From Tubulanus polymorphus (lineage: Eukaryota > Animalia > Nemertea), in NCBI RefSeq assembly GCF_964204645.1, contig NC_134031.1, positions 5,084,001 to 5,148,000 on the forward strand: a DNA stretch of 64,000 nucleotides. Reading direction: 5' to 3'. This document shows positions 27,979 to 37,960 of the stretch, one piece after another. A program made the translations under genes and the position numbers. Position 1 is the stretch's first letter. Each line of letters starts with the position of its first letter. The notes beneath the pieces are model-generated. The model made no database searches, was not told where the DNA came from, and worked only from the letters and a program-made list of their open reading frames with translations.

Positions 27979-28438
27979 AGTAATAGGGGTAATAGGCTTT
28001 CAGATCAAAGGTCGAACGGTCGAGCTCGTAAAAAATGAAAAACATAAAAATAATTACAATTTCTACTTGAATTACTCGCGAAACTCATAAAAATGAAAAA
28101 TAAATTCTCACACGCTCGAATTTATTTTTCATTTTATGAGTTTCACTCCTAATTCAAGTAGAAATTGTTATTATTTTTATGTTTTTCATTTTTACTCACC
28201 CGCCCGTTCAACCTTTAACCCGAAAGCCTATTACCCCTATTACTCTTAAAATATTCATATATATGAATAACATTTAAATCATTGAACTTCTAAAATCAAT
28301 TTTAATAAAAAATTTAGTATTAAAATGGAAGCAAATAAGTACTACTGTCCAACATGTAATATCGATATAGATAAATCCCAAAAAGCAAGACACAATAAAA
28401 CTAGAACACATTTAGAGAATAAATTGAAACTAGAATAT
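27979..28438 (+). repeat. Left TIR (outer 27979-28244 is an imperfect palindrome; inner part includes the pPolB promoter and first 38 codons)
   Basis: Near-identical reverse complement of 45715-46176. Confidence 0.93.
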
Positions 28439-31400
28439 AAAGATGATATATTAGAAACTAAATTAGAAGAATTAAAGAATGAAAAAGAAACATATAAATG
28501 TGATACATGTAATCAATCATTCAGTGATAAAAGATATTATAAAGAACATTTAAAATCTATAAGTCATATTAGAAATAAGAATAATGATATTTTAGGTGAA
28601 GATTATTTTGATAATGATAACGATAAGAAACAGAAGACAATTAAAAGAATAAAAAATAAATTAAACAATAAAAGACCATACATGGAAGATGTAAGAAATT
28701 ATATTAATTCATTAGATAATAAAAAAGATATAGAAATAACCGAAGCATTTAAAAGTGATATTGGTCCAGCAGCTATCGAGTTTAAATTTCATAAAGGTAA
28801 AACATTAGAAGAAAATAAAAAACATTTAGAAAATATGAAAGAAATAATAAAAATAATTACAGATGTTGAATATCCTAAAATTAGTATATCAGTTAAAGTA
28901 AAGTTTATAAAATCTGAAGATAAACCAATATATAATATAAATTCTCATTCACAACATATTATATCTAAACAACATATAGATGATAAATTAGATAAATGTT
29001 ATAATGAAGTAAAAACTAAAATAGAAGAGAAATATTTTGAAGGATCTGGTTTAATATTTGATGAGATAATATTTATAACTTTACATGTTTATAACACAAA
29101 ATATAATAAGTTAACTAAATCAAAACCAATTGATGAAAATAATTTATCATATTATAAAGAACCTGATATTGAAGCATCAAGTTATATTAAACTACCATTT
29201 AAAACTAATGCTGTAATAAATATACAAAATGAAGATGATAAATGTTTACTATGGACTATAATAAGTTGTTTACATCCTGCAACTTATAATATTTGTAGAT
29301 TAACTCATTATAAACCATTTGAAAATAATTATAAGATAGATAAGTATCCTGTTAGAATTAAAAACATCCCAAAAATAGAAAGAGATAATAATATAAAGAT
29401 AAATGTATTTGATTTAATCAAATTACCAAATACAAAAGGTAACAACATAAAACATTATACATTAGAACCTTTATATCTATCAAAAGATTATGATTCAAAT
29501 GATGTTATAGATATACTATATTATGAGAATCATTATATGTGGATTAAACAAATAGATTTATTTTTTAGAACAGAAAGTGATCACCATAATAAAATATATC
29601 TATGTAGAAAATGTTTACATAGATTCAGTAATGAAAGTACATTATTAAATCATAAACAATTATGTGATAATCATGATTATTGTAAATTAGTTTTACCAAA
29701 TGAAAAAGATAAAATATTAGAATTCAAAAAATATGATTACAAAAATAAAGTACCATTTGTAATATATGGAGATTTTGAATCATTAAATAAAGAACTAACA
29801 TATAAAGATAGAAAAGATATATATTATAAAAGAAAGAAATTAAATTCTAATGAAAGTGATTATTCAGAAGAACCACCAAAAACAAATACTATTAAAAAGA
29901 TTCATCAATCAGCTGCAGCTTTCGGGTTATATATTAAATCTGATTATCCAGAACTAATTGAAAGTGAATATTATAATTATAGAAATGAAAATGTTATCAA
30001 TCATTTTTGTGACTTATTAATTGAATATGAAATAAGATTTAGTAAATTATTGAATACAAATATAGAAATTATAATGACAGAAGAAGATAAAGAAGAATTT
30101 GAGTTTGCAGATAAATGTTATTATTGTGAAAAGATATTTAATTATAAAGATAAAAAAGTAAGAGACCATGATCATTTGAATGGAAAGTTTAGAGGCGCTG
30201 CACATGAGAATTGTAACTTACAAGCTAAGAAAATTAACTTTGTACCAGTTATATTTCATAATCTATCAGGATATGACGCATATTTATTCATCAAACAGCT
30301 ATGTTATAAAATAGAAGAAATCAATAATGAAATAGAAATATTAAATTCAAATAGATCAAAAGATAAAATACCAACTTATAAATTTAAAATGCTAGCTAAA
30401 ACATCTGAGAATTATATATCATTCCAATTTGGTTGCCTAAGATTTATAGATTCATATAGATTTTTAAATAGTTCATTAGATAACTTATCAAAATCATTAG
30501 TTGATGATGAATTAAAGATATTAAAAGAATATTACCCAAATAATGATGATTTCCAATTAATGAGATATAAAGGAGCGATTCCATATTCTTTCTATAAAAA
30601 TCATAATGATTTTAATATAACTGAATTATTAAAAGAACAATTCTATGATGAATTAAGATCTGAATATGTAAAAGATGAAGTTTATAATAGAACATTGAAT
30701 ATTTGGAATCATTTCAAAATAGAAAATCATGGGCAATTAGTAGATTTATATTTAAAATCAGATGTATTGTTATTAACCGATATATTCGAAAGGTTTAGAG
30801 ATGTAAACCTAAAATATTTCAATATTGATCCTTGTCATTGTTATTCATCACCAGGATTAACATGGGATTGTGGATTAAAATTTACAGATATAAAAATGGA
30901 TTTGTTAACAAATATAGATCAATTACTATTATTTGAAAAATCTATAAGAGGAGGTGTTTCAGGTGTATTGGGCGATAGATATTTCAATGTAAATGATAAT
31001 CCTGGATATAAATTATTATACATAGATGCAAATAATCTTTATGGTTGGGCAATGATGGAACCACAACCTTATGGGATGTTTGAAATAACTGAAGTTTTAC
31101 AAATTGATAAATTTGATTGGAAGAAAAGAATCCTAGATATTGCAGATGATTCAGATATTGGTTACTTCTTCGTTGTAGATTTAGAATACCCTGAAAATAT
31201 TAAATTCAAATCTAGAAATCTAGCATATTGTCCCGAACATAAAACTGTTAAACATGAAGAATTATCAAATTATCAAAAAAGAATTAAACCCGATAATCAT
31301 ATTCATACTGAAAAGTTAATGGTAACTCAAGAAGATAAATATAATTATGTAGTTCATTATAGAATGTTGAAGTTTTATTTGAATCAAGGAATGATATTAA

Positions 31401-32350
31401 AAAAAGTACATAGATATATTTCATTCAGTCAATCTAAATGGTTAGAAAAATATATAGATTTTAATACTACACAGAGAACTAAATCTAAAACTGATTTTGA
31501 GAAGGATTTCTTCAAACTAATGAACAATGCGTTCTATGGTAAGACTTGTGAAAATATTAGAAATAGAAATGATATTGAGTTAGTTAGTAATGGTAAAAGG
31601 ATAAGGCATTTACAATCATATCCTAAGTTTATAGGTAACAGAATATTTGATGAAAATTTAGCAGCAGTTAAGATGAGAAGAACTTCAATGAAATTTAATA
31701 AACCGATTTATGTTGGAGCTGCAGTTTTAGAAATTTCAAAGCTATTGATGTATGAATTCTATTATAATGTATTACAACCTCATTTTGGAGAAAAACATAT
31801 ACAAATATTATATTTTGATACAGATTCTTACATATTAAAGATAAAAACTGATAACATAACTGATGATTTAAAAACATTAAAACATCATTTTGATTTCAGT
31901 AACTATCCAAAAAATCATGAATTGTTTAGCAATGATAATAAAAAAGTTCCTGGGAAGTTTAAGGATGAATTAGGTGGTGAAGAAATGATAGAGTTCATTG
32001 GTATTAGATCTAAAATGTATAGTTATAAAACTAAAGAACATGAAGCTAAAAAGTTAAAAGGAATAACCAAAAGTGTAGTAGAAAAGAATATTCATTTCAA
32101 AGATTACATCAATTGTATATTTAATGAAGAAGTTAGAAAACATAAAATGAAATGTTTAAGATCTGAGTACCACGAAATGTTTATTGAAGAAATAGAGAAG
32201 ATAAGTTTGAATCCATTTGATGATAAACGATACATATTAGATGATGGTATACACACAGTCGCGTATGGTTGCAATTTAGATGAATATATAAAATTCAAAA
32301 GAGAAGAAACAAAAGAAAATGAGATTATGAAAAGGATTCTAACGTGTTAA
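28325..32350 (+). CDS. polB: Protein-primed family B DNA polymerase (pPolB) with N-terminal C2H2 zinc fingers/terminal-protein region and an endonuclease-VII-like Zn insertion
   Basis: Exonuclease motifs YGDFES, FHNLSGYD and YLKSDV. Polymerase motifs YIDANNLYG, KLMNNAFYGK and YFDTDS. Insertion CYYC...VRDHDHLNGKFRGAAHENCN. The 1341-aa ORF is intact. Confidence 0.96.
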   Translation: MEANKYYCPTCNIDIDKSQKARHNKTRTHLENKLKLEYKDDILETKLEELKNEKETYKCDTCNQSFSDKRYYKEHLKSISHIRNKNNDILGEDYFDNDNDKKQKTIKRIKNKLNNKRPYMEDVRNYINSLDNKKDIEITEAFKSDIGPAAIEFKFHKGKTLEENKKHLENMKEIIKIITDVEYPKISISVKVKFIKSEDKPIYNINSHSQHIISKQHIDDKLDKCYNEVKTKIEEKYFEGSGLIFDEIIFITLHVYNTKYNKLTKSKPIDENNLSYYKEPDIEASSYIKLPFKTNAVINIQNEDDKCLLWTIISCLHPATYNICRLTHYKPFENNYKIDKYPVRIKNIPKIERDNNIKINVFDLIKLPNTKGNNIKHYTLEPLYLSKDYDSNDVIDILYYENHYMWIKQIDLFFRTESDHHNKIYLCRKCLHRFSNESTLLNHKQLCDNHDYCKLVLPNEKDKILEFKKYDYKNKVPFVIYGDFESLNKELTYKDRKDIYYKRKKLNSNESDYSEEPPKTNTIKKIHQSAAAFGLYIKSDYPELIESEYYNYRNENVINHFCDLLIEYEIRFSKLLNTNIEIIMTEEDKEEFEFADKCYYCEKIFNYKDKKVRDHDHLNGKFRGAAHENCNLQAKKINFVPVIFHNLSGYDAYLFIKQLCYKIEEINNEIEILNSNRSKDKIPTYKFKMLAKTSENYISFQFGCLRFIDSYRFLNSSLDNLSKSLVDDELKILKEYYPNNDDFQLMRYKGAIPYSFYKNHNDFNITELLKEQFYDELRSEYVKDEVYNRTLNIWNHFKIENHGQLVDLYLKSDVLLLTDIFERFRDVNLKYFNIDPCHCYSSPGLTWDCGLKFTDIKMDLLTNIDQLLLFEKSIRGGVSGVLGDRYFNVNDNPGYKLLYIDANNLYGWAMMEPQPYGMFEITEVLQIDKFDWKKRILDIADDSDIGYFFVVDLEYPENIKFKSRNLAYCPEHKTVKHEELSNYQKRIKPDNHIHTEKLMVTQEDKYNYVVHYRMLKFYLNQGMILKKVHRYISFSQSKWLEKYIDFNTTQRTKSKTDFEKDFFKLMNNAFYGKTCENIRNRNDIELVSNGKRIRHLQSYPKFIGNRIFDENLAAVKMRRTSMKFNKPIYVGAAVLEISKLLMYEFYYNVLQPHFGEKHIQILYFDTDSYILKIKTDNITDDLKTLKHHFDFSNYPKNHELFSNDNKKVPGKFKDELGGEEMIEFIGIRSKMYSYKTKEHEAKKLKGITKSVVEKNIHFKDYINCIFNEEVRKHKMKCLRSEYHEMFIEEIEKISLNPFDDKRYILDDGIHTVAYGCNLDEYIKFKREETKENEIMKRILTC

Positions 32351-32378
32351 TCAATTTCAATAAAAATTTGTATAATAA

Positions 32379-32720
32379 ATGGAGAGTAAACAAGTACACA
32401 GTGAATTCTTAGATAGAATTAAAGATACTTCAAGCGTCAAATCTGTAGATTATAAATTTAAAAAACTAACTGAGTTAACAATTCACAAGAAATATTTAAT
32501 TACTAACATTGAAACAATTACTAATAAATATGGAGATAAATTAGTAATTCATTTAGAATATGAAGGATTAAAAGGAAATAAATATAAATTCAGAACTTAT
32601 TTACCGGATAGATTTCATAGATTATCAAGTGAAGATTTAGAAGAATTATATTCTGGTGATTTCTATTTCATATATAAAGGTAAGAATGAAAAAGAGCACC
32701 ATGAAATAGATTTCGAATAA
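32379..32720 (+). CDS. Small protein, possibly an OB-fold ssDNA-binding protein
   Basis: Beta-rich pattern FKKLTEL..KKYLITNIETITNKYGDKLVIHL..FRTYLPDRF with an acidic C-terminus, directly after pPolB. The fold is inferred. Confidence 0.5.
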   Translation: MESKQVHSEFLDRIKDTSSVKSVDYKFKKLTELTIHKKYLITNIETITNKYGDKLVIHLEYEGLKGNKYKFRTYLPDRFHRLSSEDLEELYSGDFYFIYKGKNEKEHHEIDFE

Positions 32721-32737
32721 GAAAATATGTAAAATAA

Positions 32738-33496
32738 ATGGCGGAATTAAAAGAATACAGAATATTTATAGATTCTAGAAGGCTTACAAATTATAAATCA
32801 CATAATTTAATAGTTCAATTAGATAGAGAATTTAAAAATTGTGTTGATTTGAAATTGATAAATATAAGTCTATGTAATTCTTTTTATAATATATCGGATA
32901 AAACTATTGAACATAGATTGTTTATGATTTTTGATAGAAATGCCGATAAATGGTATCATATATTTATAAGACCAGGATTATATAATTTAGAAACATTAGC
33001 GCAAGAAATTAATAGAAGAGCTAGGGCAAAAATGGGCGCGGCTGCTGGATTTGTAATTAAATTTTTAAAAAGTGATATCAATAATAAAGTAAGAATAAAG
33101 TTAGATAAAGGTGAACAATATAAATTTTTAGTTAAAAAACCTATGGCTAAACTGTTAGGAATTAATCTAGATAAACTTTATTCAAATGTTGACATTACAC
33201 CAAACTTAATACCTTACACACATTTTTATATTTATTGCAATTTAATCGATCCTACAAAAACATTCGAAGCAACTAAAGATATAACTTGTAATTCTGGTTT
33301 ATTAAACATTTTACCATTGAAGAATGTTAAAGAATTTGGAACGCAAATAAATTATAATTTAACAGAATGTGATTTCAAACCATGCATTCCTCGTTTTAAT
33401 AATTTTAGATTAGAAATTAGAAATCATAATGGATACTTAATTGATTTAAATAATTTCCCTGTAATTTATGAATTAGTTATAAGATGTAAAGAGTAA
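32738..33496 (+). CDS. Minor capsid protein (penton, single jelly-roll)
   Basis: Polinton penton-like pattern: IFIDSR..., NSFYNI, IRPGLYN, HFYIYCNLID, LLNILPL, FRLEIRNHNGYLIDLNNFPVIYELVI. Confidence 0.82.
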   Translation: MAELKEYRIFIDSRRLTNYKSHNLIVQLDREFKNCVDLKLINISLCNSFYNISDKTIEHRLFMIFDRNADKWYHIFIRPGLYNLETLAQEINRRARAKMGAAAGFVIKFLKSDINNKVRIKLDKGEQYKFLVKKPMAKLLGINLDKLYSNVDITPNLIPYTHFYIYCNLIDPTKTFEATKDITCNSGLLNILPLKNVKEFGTQINYNLTECDFKPCIPRFNNFRLEIRNHNGYLIDLNNFPVIYELVIRCKE

Positions 33497-33512
33497 TTTT
33501 TTCATTATATAA

Positions 33513-33854
33513 ATGAATATAACTGTTGGACCGAGTATATGTTTTGGGTTTGATTTTAAACATGGTAAAGAAATGAGAATTAAACTAAATGATGTAATTA
33601 CTGATATAAAAAGTAAATCATTTAACAATGCATCAATGATTGATAAAGAAAAGTATAATATAGAAAAAGTAATTGATTTAATTAAATCACCTTTAGAATA
33701 TTATGAATTAAATGAAGATGGAATTATTGATGATATCAAAAACATATTATCCAAAATATATGATAATCATAAAACTAGTAATGAAATAAATGTTGAAATA
33801 ATCATAAATAAGTTAACTAAATATTTTGATGATAGTAATTTTTTTGATAAATAA
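33513..33854 (+). CDS. Hypothetical protein (113 aa)
   Basis: Tightly packed ORF with the element's TAAATG start context. Confidence 0.65.
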   Translation: MNITVGPSICFGFDFKHGKEMRIKLNDVITDIKSKSFNNASMIDKEKYNIEKVIDLIKSPLEYYELNEDGIIDDIKNILSKIYDNHKTSNEINVEIIINKLTKYFDDSNFFDK

Positions 33855-34076
33855 ATGAGTGATAATAAGTGGATAATAACTGGATTATATAATGGCGCAT
33901 TACTATCAGTTGGAACGGTTGGTTATTCAATGGTATTAAAAAAATTATTCAAAATGGGAAGTGTTAATGTTGATAGATTTGATATAAATGATATTTTAAA
34001 GTTAACATTAGCAGTTACTTTATCTAATTTAACTATTGATTATTTGGAAAAACAAAAATATATTCCTCCCATGTAA
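33855..34076 (+). CDS. Small predicted membrane protein (73 aa)
   Basis: Hydrophobic segments WIITGLYNGALLSVGTVGYSMVL and ILKLTLAVTLSNLTI. Its start abuts the previous stop (TAAATG). Confidence 0.7.
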   Translation: MSDNKWIITGLYNGALLSVGTVGYSMVLKKLFKMGSVNVDRFDINDILKLTLAVTLSNLTIDYLEKQKYIPPM

Positions 34077-34103
34077 GAAGTGTGTAATTTTTTTGCTAAA
34101 TAA

Positions 34104-34526
34104 ATGGCTTCTGCAATTATAACTATTATAGGATCGGCAATTGTTAACGCTTTAGCATTTACTGGTGGTGGTTATTTATTTAAACATATTGATAAAAATA
34201 GTTCATTAGGAGAACAAAGAAGACATAACTTAGCGTTAGAGAAATACAATAAAGCTGCAGAAGAATATAGAGAAAAGAGACAAAACTATATGGATTACAT
34301 CAATAAAGAATTATATGATCAGAAGATTTCACACAGAGATTTTCAATCAGTTGATGATGCAATGAGTTTATATAACGCGGTAACAAATAAAGAAAAATTA
34401 CATCTATACAAACCTAAATTATCAGATTATTATACCCGAAGTAAAGAACAACAGAAATATGAAATAATATGGATTTTAGGTGGAACAGTTATTGTTATAT
34501 TTATTGCTTATAAATTTACTAATTAG
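34104..34526 (+). CDS. Predicted membrane protein with a central coiled coil (140 aa)
   Basis: N-terminal hydrophobic ASAIITIIGSAIVNALAFTGGGYLF, a charged helix, and a C-terminal TM IIWILGGTVIVIFIAY. Confidence 0.75.
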   Translation: MASAIITIIGSAIVNALAFTGGGYLFKHIDKNSSLGEQRRHNLALEKYNKAAEEYREKRQNYMDYINKELYDQKISHRDFQSVDDAMSLYNAVTNKEKLHLYKPKLSDYYTRSKEQQKYEIIWILGGTVIVIFIAYKFTN

Positions 34527-34545
34527 TAATTTTTATTCTAAATAA

Positions 34546-34980
34546 ATGGAAGATAAAGTTGATAGTATTGATATTATTCCTCATGATATAAATAAAACTA
34601 AATTAAAAACATATTTAGAAAAACAAATATTAGAATTTGAAAGTGACTTAAAGATAAAAAAGAAAAAATATTTAAAAAGTAAAATTATATATTATCTTAT
34701 TATTAGTGGTTCGGTTACAATTAGTTCTGTAATAACATTTTTAGCAATATTCAGTCCATTAACACCTTTAGCTATATCAATTGGTGTATTAGGATTAAGT
34801 TCAAGTGTTTTAACTGGTATAAGTTCAAAATTAAATATAAAAAGTAATAAAGAAAAAATTAAAACTAATATAAAAGAAATTAATAAATTAAAGAACACAC
34901 TAGATTATATAATAAGTTTAAATGGTCATATAACAGTTGAAGAACAAGATAAATTATTAAAAGAATTAGTTAATTATTAA
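34546..34980 (+). CDS. Two-TM coiled-coil protein (144 aa)
   Basis: TM pair IIYYLIISGSVTISSVITFLAIF / LAISIGVLGLSSSVLTGI, flanked by Lys-rich helices. Confidence 0.72.
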   Translation: MEDKVDSIDIIPHDINKTKLKTYLEKQILEFESDLKIKKKKYLKSKIIYYLIISGSVTISSVITFLAIFSPLTPLAISIGVLGLSSSVLTGISSKLNIKSNKEKIKTNIKEINKLKNTLDYIISLNGHITVEEQDKLLKELVNY

Positions 34981-34996
34981 TTTTTTAATTATATAA

Positions 34997-36343
34997 ATGG
35001 GGTTTCCAAAAGCTTTCCAATATAATAAATCAATTAAATATAATATTCCAGCAATAGATTTTAATAAAGATATTACATATAGAAATGAAGTTTTATATTC
35101 ATTAATTGATTTATATATTTATGTTACTGAAAGTAAAAGTTTTCATGTAAAGATGGAAAATATATTTCATGTGTATACAATTAATTTCAAAAATTTAAAT
35201 GAGGCAAAACAATGGTTATTAAAATCTAATATGAAGTATTGGCAGAACCAATTAAATTTTGCTGTTTATTGTGCAACAACAGGATGTGGAATAAGTTGGA
35301 ATGATCATTTAAACAAACCAAGTTTACCATTGATGTTATCACTTTTTAGATTTCATACATATTTTCAAAGAAAATTAATATTAGATGAATTAGAATGTCC
35401 TTTACCAGGTTCAAAATATTTTAAAGAATTGAATAATAATATCAATTTTTCTAAGTTTTATAAAATATGTAATGAATTTAATATTAATTCAAATAAAGAT
35501 TTTAGAGCAAAAATTGGAACAATGGGTGGATTAGGAATATTATATACTAAAGAATTTGGTAAAATAATGACAAATTCAGATATAAGAACACTAAATTGGA
35601 ATGAATTACCAAAATATTATAATAATATACAACAACAAAACAATAATGGTTGGGTTAATTTCATTTTAGAAAATGGTGAAGGTTTTACTCAAGCTGGTAT
35701 ACAAAGAATAAATCAATCTATTAGAATTTATTTGATATGTATTTTAGGCGCTCAAGTTGAAACAAGATCCCCAATAATTGGAAATGATAACACTTCATTC
35801 GATGCGCAGAAACAGTTTAAAGTTTTATTTGAAGATTCAATTCATAATGATAAAAATAGATCGATTCCAGAAAACATTGTAAGATATCAAAATTATTTAG
35901 ATAAATCTCATGTAAGACTTAATTATTGTATAGGCCCTAATCTATTAATTATTTCTAATGATTTAGTATTAAAGATGGGAAACATAATTGGTTATAATAA
36001 TCTAATTAAAACTGCAACAATAAATAATTCATTTGGGTTAAATGATATAAATAAAAAGATTATTACTGCTCCAAAATTAATGGAAGGTGAAAAAAATAAA
36101 AAACATATTCAATCAACAGAAACTAAAACTAAGAATATTAAATTGGATAATGATTCTAAAATAAAAGATTACAATACTACAGAAAATGGTGCCGTACGGC
36201 ACCCACACGGTGATAATAGAACCGATATTATTCAACATGATATAATTAAACTAAATGATGATAATAAATCCCATGAAAATACTAAATTAGCTATAACTTG
36301 TATAGGAATTGTAATCGGAGGAATATTATATTTTAAATTTTAA
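34997..36343 (+). CDS. Uncharacterised viral protein with a C-terminal membrane anchor (448 aa)
   Basis: Long intact ORF with a WQNQLNFAVYCATTGCGISW motif and C-terminal LAITCIGIVIGGILYFKF. Confidence 0.78.
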   Translation: MGFPKAFQYNKSIKYNIPAIDFNKDITYRNEVLYSLIDLYIYVTESKSFHVKMENIFHVYTINFKNLNEAKQWLLKSNMKYWQNQLNFAVYCATTGCGISWNDHLNKPSLPLMLSLFRFHTYFQRKLILDELECPLPGSKYFKELNNNINFSKFYKICNEFNINSNKDFRAKIGTMGGLGILYTKEFGKIMTNSDIRTLNWNELPKYYNNIQQQNNNGWVNFILENGEGFTQAGIQRINQSIRIYLICILGAQVETRSPIIGNDNTSFDAQKQFKVLFEDSIHNDKNRSIPENIVRYQNYLDKSHVRLNYCIGPNLLIISNDLVLKMGNIIGYNNLIKTATINNSFGLNDINKKIITAPKLMEGEKNKKHIQSTETKTKNIKLDNDSKIKDYNTTENGAVRHPHGDNRTDIIQHDIIKLNDDNKSHENTKLAITCIGIVIGGILYFKF

Positions 36344-36359
36344 TTTTTTTATTATGTAA

Positions 36360-37841
36360 ATGGATGTAGAAGGTGGAGAAGATATTCCATTGGATGACAT
36401 GGGAAATAATAATGAAGGATATATTGATGATGATTATAATGATGCAGAAACTAATATTGATAATGATGATGAATCAGCATATAATTCTAATTTAACTACA
36501 CCTGAATTTATTGACAAAGCACGTTCAAAGATAAGTATTGAAAATGAAGTACCAGAATTAACAGAAAAAGAATTAAAATATAATAAAATAACTAGCAATT
36601 TTAAACTTTTATTTGAAAGATCTGGATATTTAATCAATGATGAAGGTGCCAACCTTTTAGCGCCAGATTTAAAATATTTAAATGGTGAATATTATTATCG
36701 TTTGAAAGGAGATTATTATATTAAGATCACTTATAGAAATAGAATATTAGCAAAATTAACTTTGATGAGGGTAGAACTATCTAAAATTAAAAGAATAAGT
36801 AATAGTAATGAAATAACTGATGTTACAAAAGAAGAAAGAAATGAAAATCTAGAAACATTTAAATATAATGTTTCTAGATTATTTAAAACAATCGAAAATA
36901 ATCTAGAAACATATGAAGAGTTTAAAGATCGATTAGATAAATTAGGTAAATCAGAACCAGAAACAAGTTCTGAACAGAATATAACTTCCAAAACTAGTAA
37001 ACTTAAATCAAATAAAGTTCCAATTGAAAAACTTTTACCGAATGGGTTACTTGATGCAACAGATCAAGAATTAGAAGATTTAGATATATTTTCTGACAAA
37101 GCAATTAGAGAAATTATTAGTATAAGACTTGCATCTGATAAAAATGCACATGATAAAAGTATAAGAGATTTTAAAATTAGATTTTTAGAAAAAGAATTAA
37201 CTGATAAAAATAAAGAAATAGAACAATTAAAGTCTGATTTAGATCATCAAGTAATTGATGAAATAGAATATAGGCAAAAAGAATTACGTTTAGAAAAAGA
37301 AATAGATGATTTAGAATATAACATAGAATTACAAAAAGAAGAAATTAAATTATTATTAAAATCATATGATTATAATATTAATAGATTAAAAGATGTTTTT
37401 AAAAGATATCTAATAAAACCAAATTCTGAAATATCATTAAAAGACAGAATAAAGTTATTATTTAAATTAGAAGGAATAACAATTCTTTCAATTCTAACAG
37501 CTGTAACTATGGTTTTTACAACAATTGGTTTAGCTATTTCAAATTCATTAAAATCTACTCCTACTCCCACTCCCAATAAACCAGATAAACCTCCAGGTAA
37601 TAATTCTATACAAGATAAAGTTAAGGATGGTTTAAAGAAATTAGCAAAATATTTATGGGAACTATCTAAAAAATCTGCTGCAGCATTGCCAGGAGTTATT
37701 GCTTCAATTGTTGGTTTTATATTGAAATCTGCAGGAAACATTATTAACTTTGCTGCTGAACATATTATTTTATTTTTAATTACAGTTGTTAGTGCTATTA
37801 TTTTTGGTTTAGTAAATATGATATCAAAAAATATCAAGTAA
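36360..37841 (+). CDS. Coiled-coil protein with an acidic N-terminus and C-terminal hydrophobic/amphipathic helices (493 aa)
   Basis: Heptad-rich ELTDKNKEIEQLK..LEKEIDDLEYNIELQKEEIK; TM ITILSILTAVTMVFTTIGLAI; Pro-rich linker PTPTPNKPDKPP; hydrophobic C-terminus. Confidence 0.78.
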   Translation: MDVEGGEDIPLDDMGNNNEGYIDDDYNDAETNIDNDDESAYNSNLTTPEFIDKARSKISIENEVPELTEKELKYNKITSNFKLLFERSGYLINDEGANLLAPDLKYLNGEYYYRLKGDYYIKITYRNRILAKLTLMRVELSKIKRISNSNEITDVTKEERNENLETFKYNVSRLFKTIENNLETYEEFKDRLDKLGKSEPETSSEQNITSKTSKLKSNKVPIEKLLPNGLLDATDQELEDLDIFSDKAIREIISIRLASDKNAHDKSIRDFKIRFLEKELTDKNKEIEQLKSDLDHQVIDEIEYRQKELRLEKEIDDLEYNIELQKEEIKLLLKSYDYNINRLKDVFKRYLIKPNSEISLKDRIKLLFKLEGITILSILTAVTMVFTTIGLAISNSLKSTPTPTPNKPDKPPGNNSIQDKVKDGLKKLAKYLWELSKKSAAALPGVIASIVGFILKSAGNIINFAAEHIILFLITVVSAIIFGLVNMISKNIK

Positions 37842-37928
37842 ACATGATATCAAAAAATATCAAGTAAACATGATATCAAAAAATATCAAGTAAACCATGA
37901 TATCAAAAAATATCAAGTAAACATGATA
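37818..37928 (+). repeat. 26-bp tandem repeat x4 (ATGATATCAAAAAATATCAAGTAAAC)
   Basis: Units start at 37818, 37844, 37870 and 37897. Confidence 0.92.
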
Positions 37929-37960
37929 AAAAATAAATAATTAATTTTTTTGTTAAATAA

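Noticed and set aside
27818-28045. ORF MFFIFYELDRSTFDLKAYYPYY and its twin at 46110-46307
   Set aside because: These are outward-reading frames through the TIR into unrelated flanks, with no coding signal.
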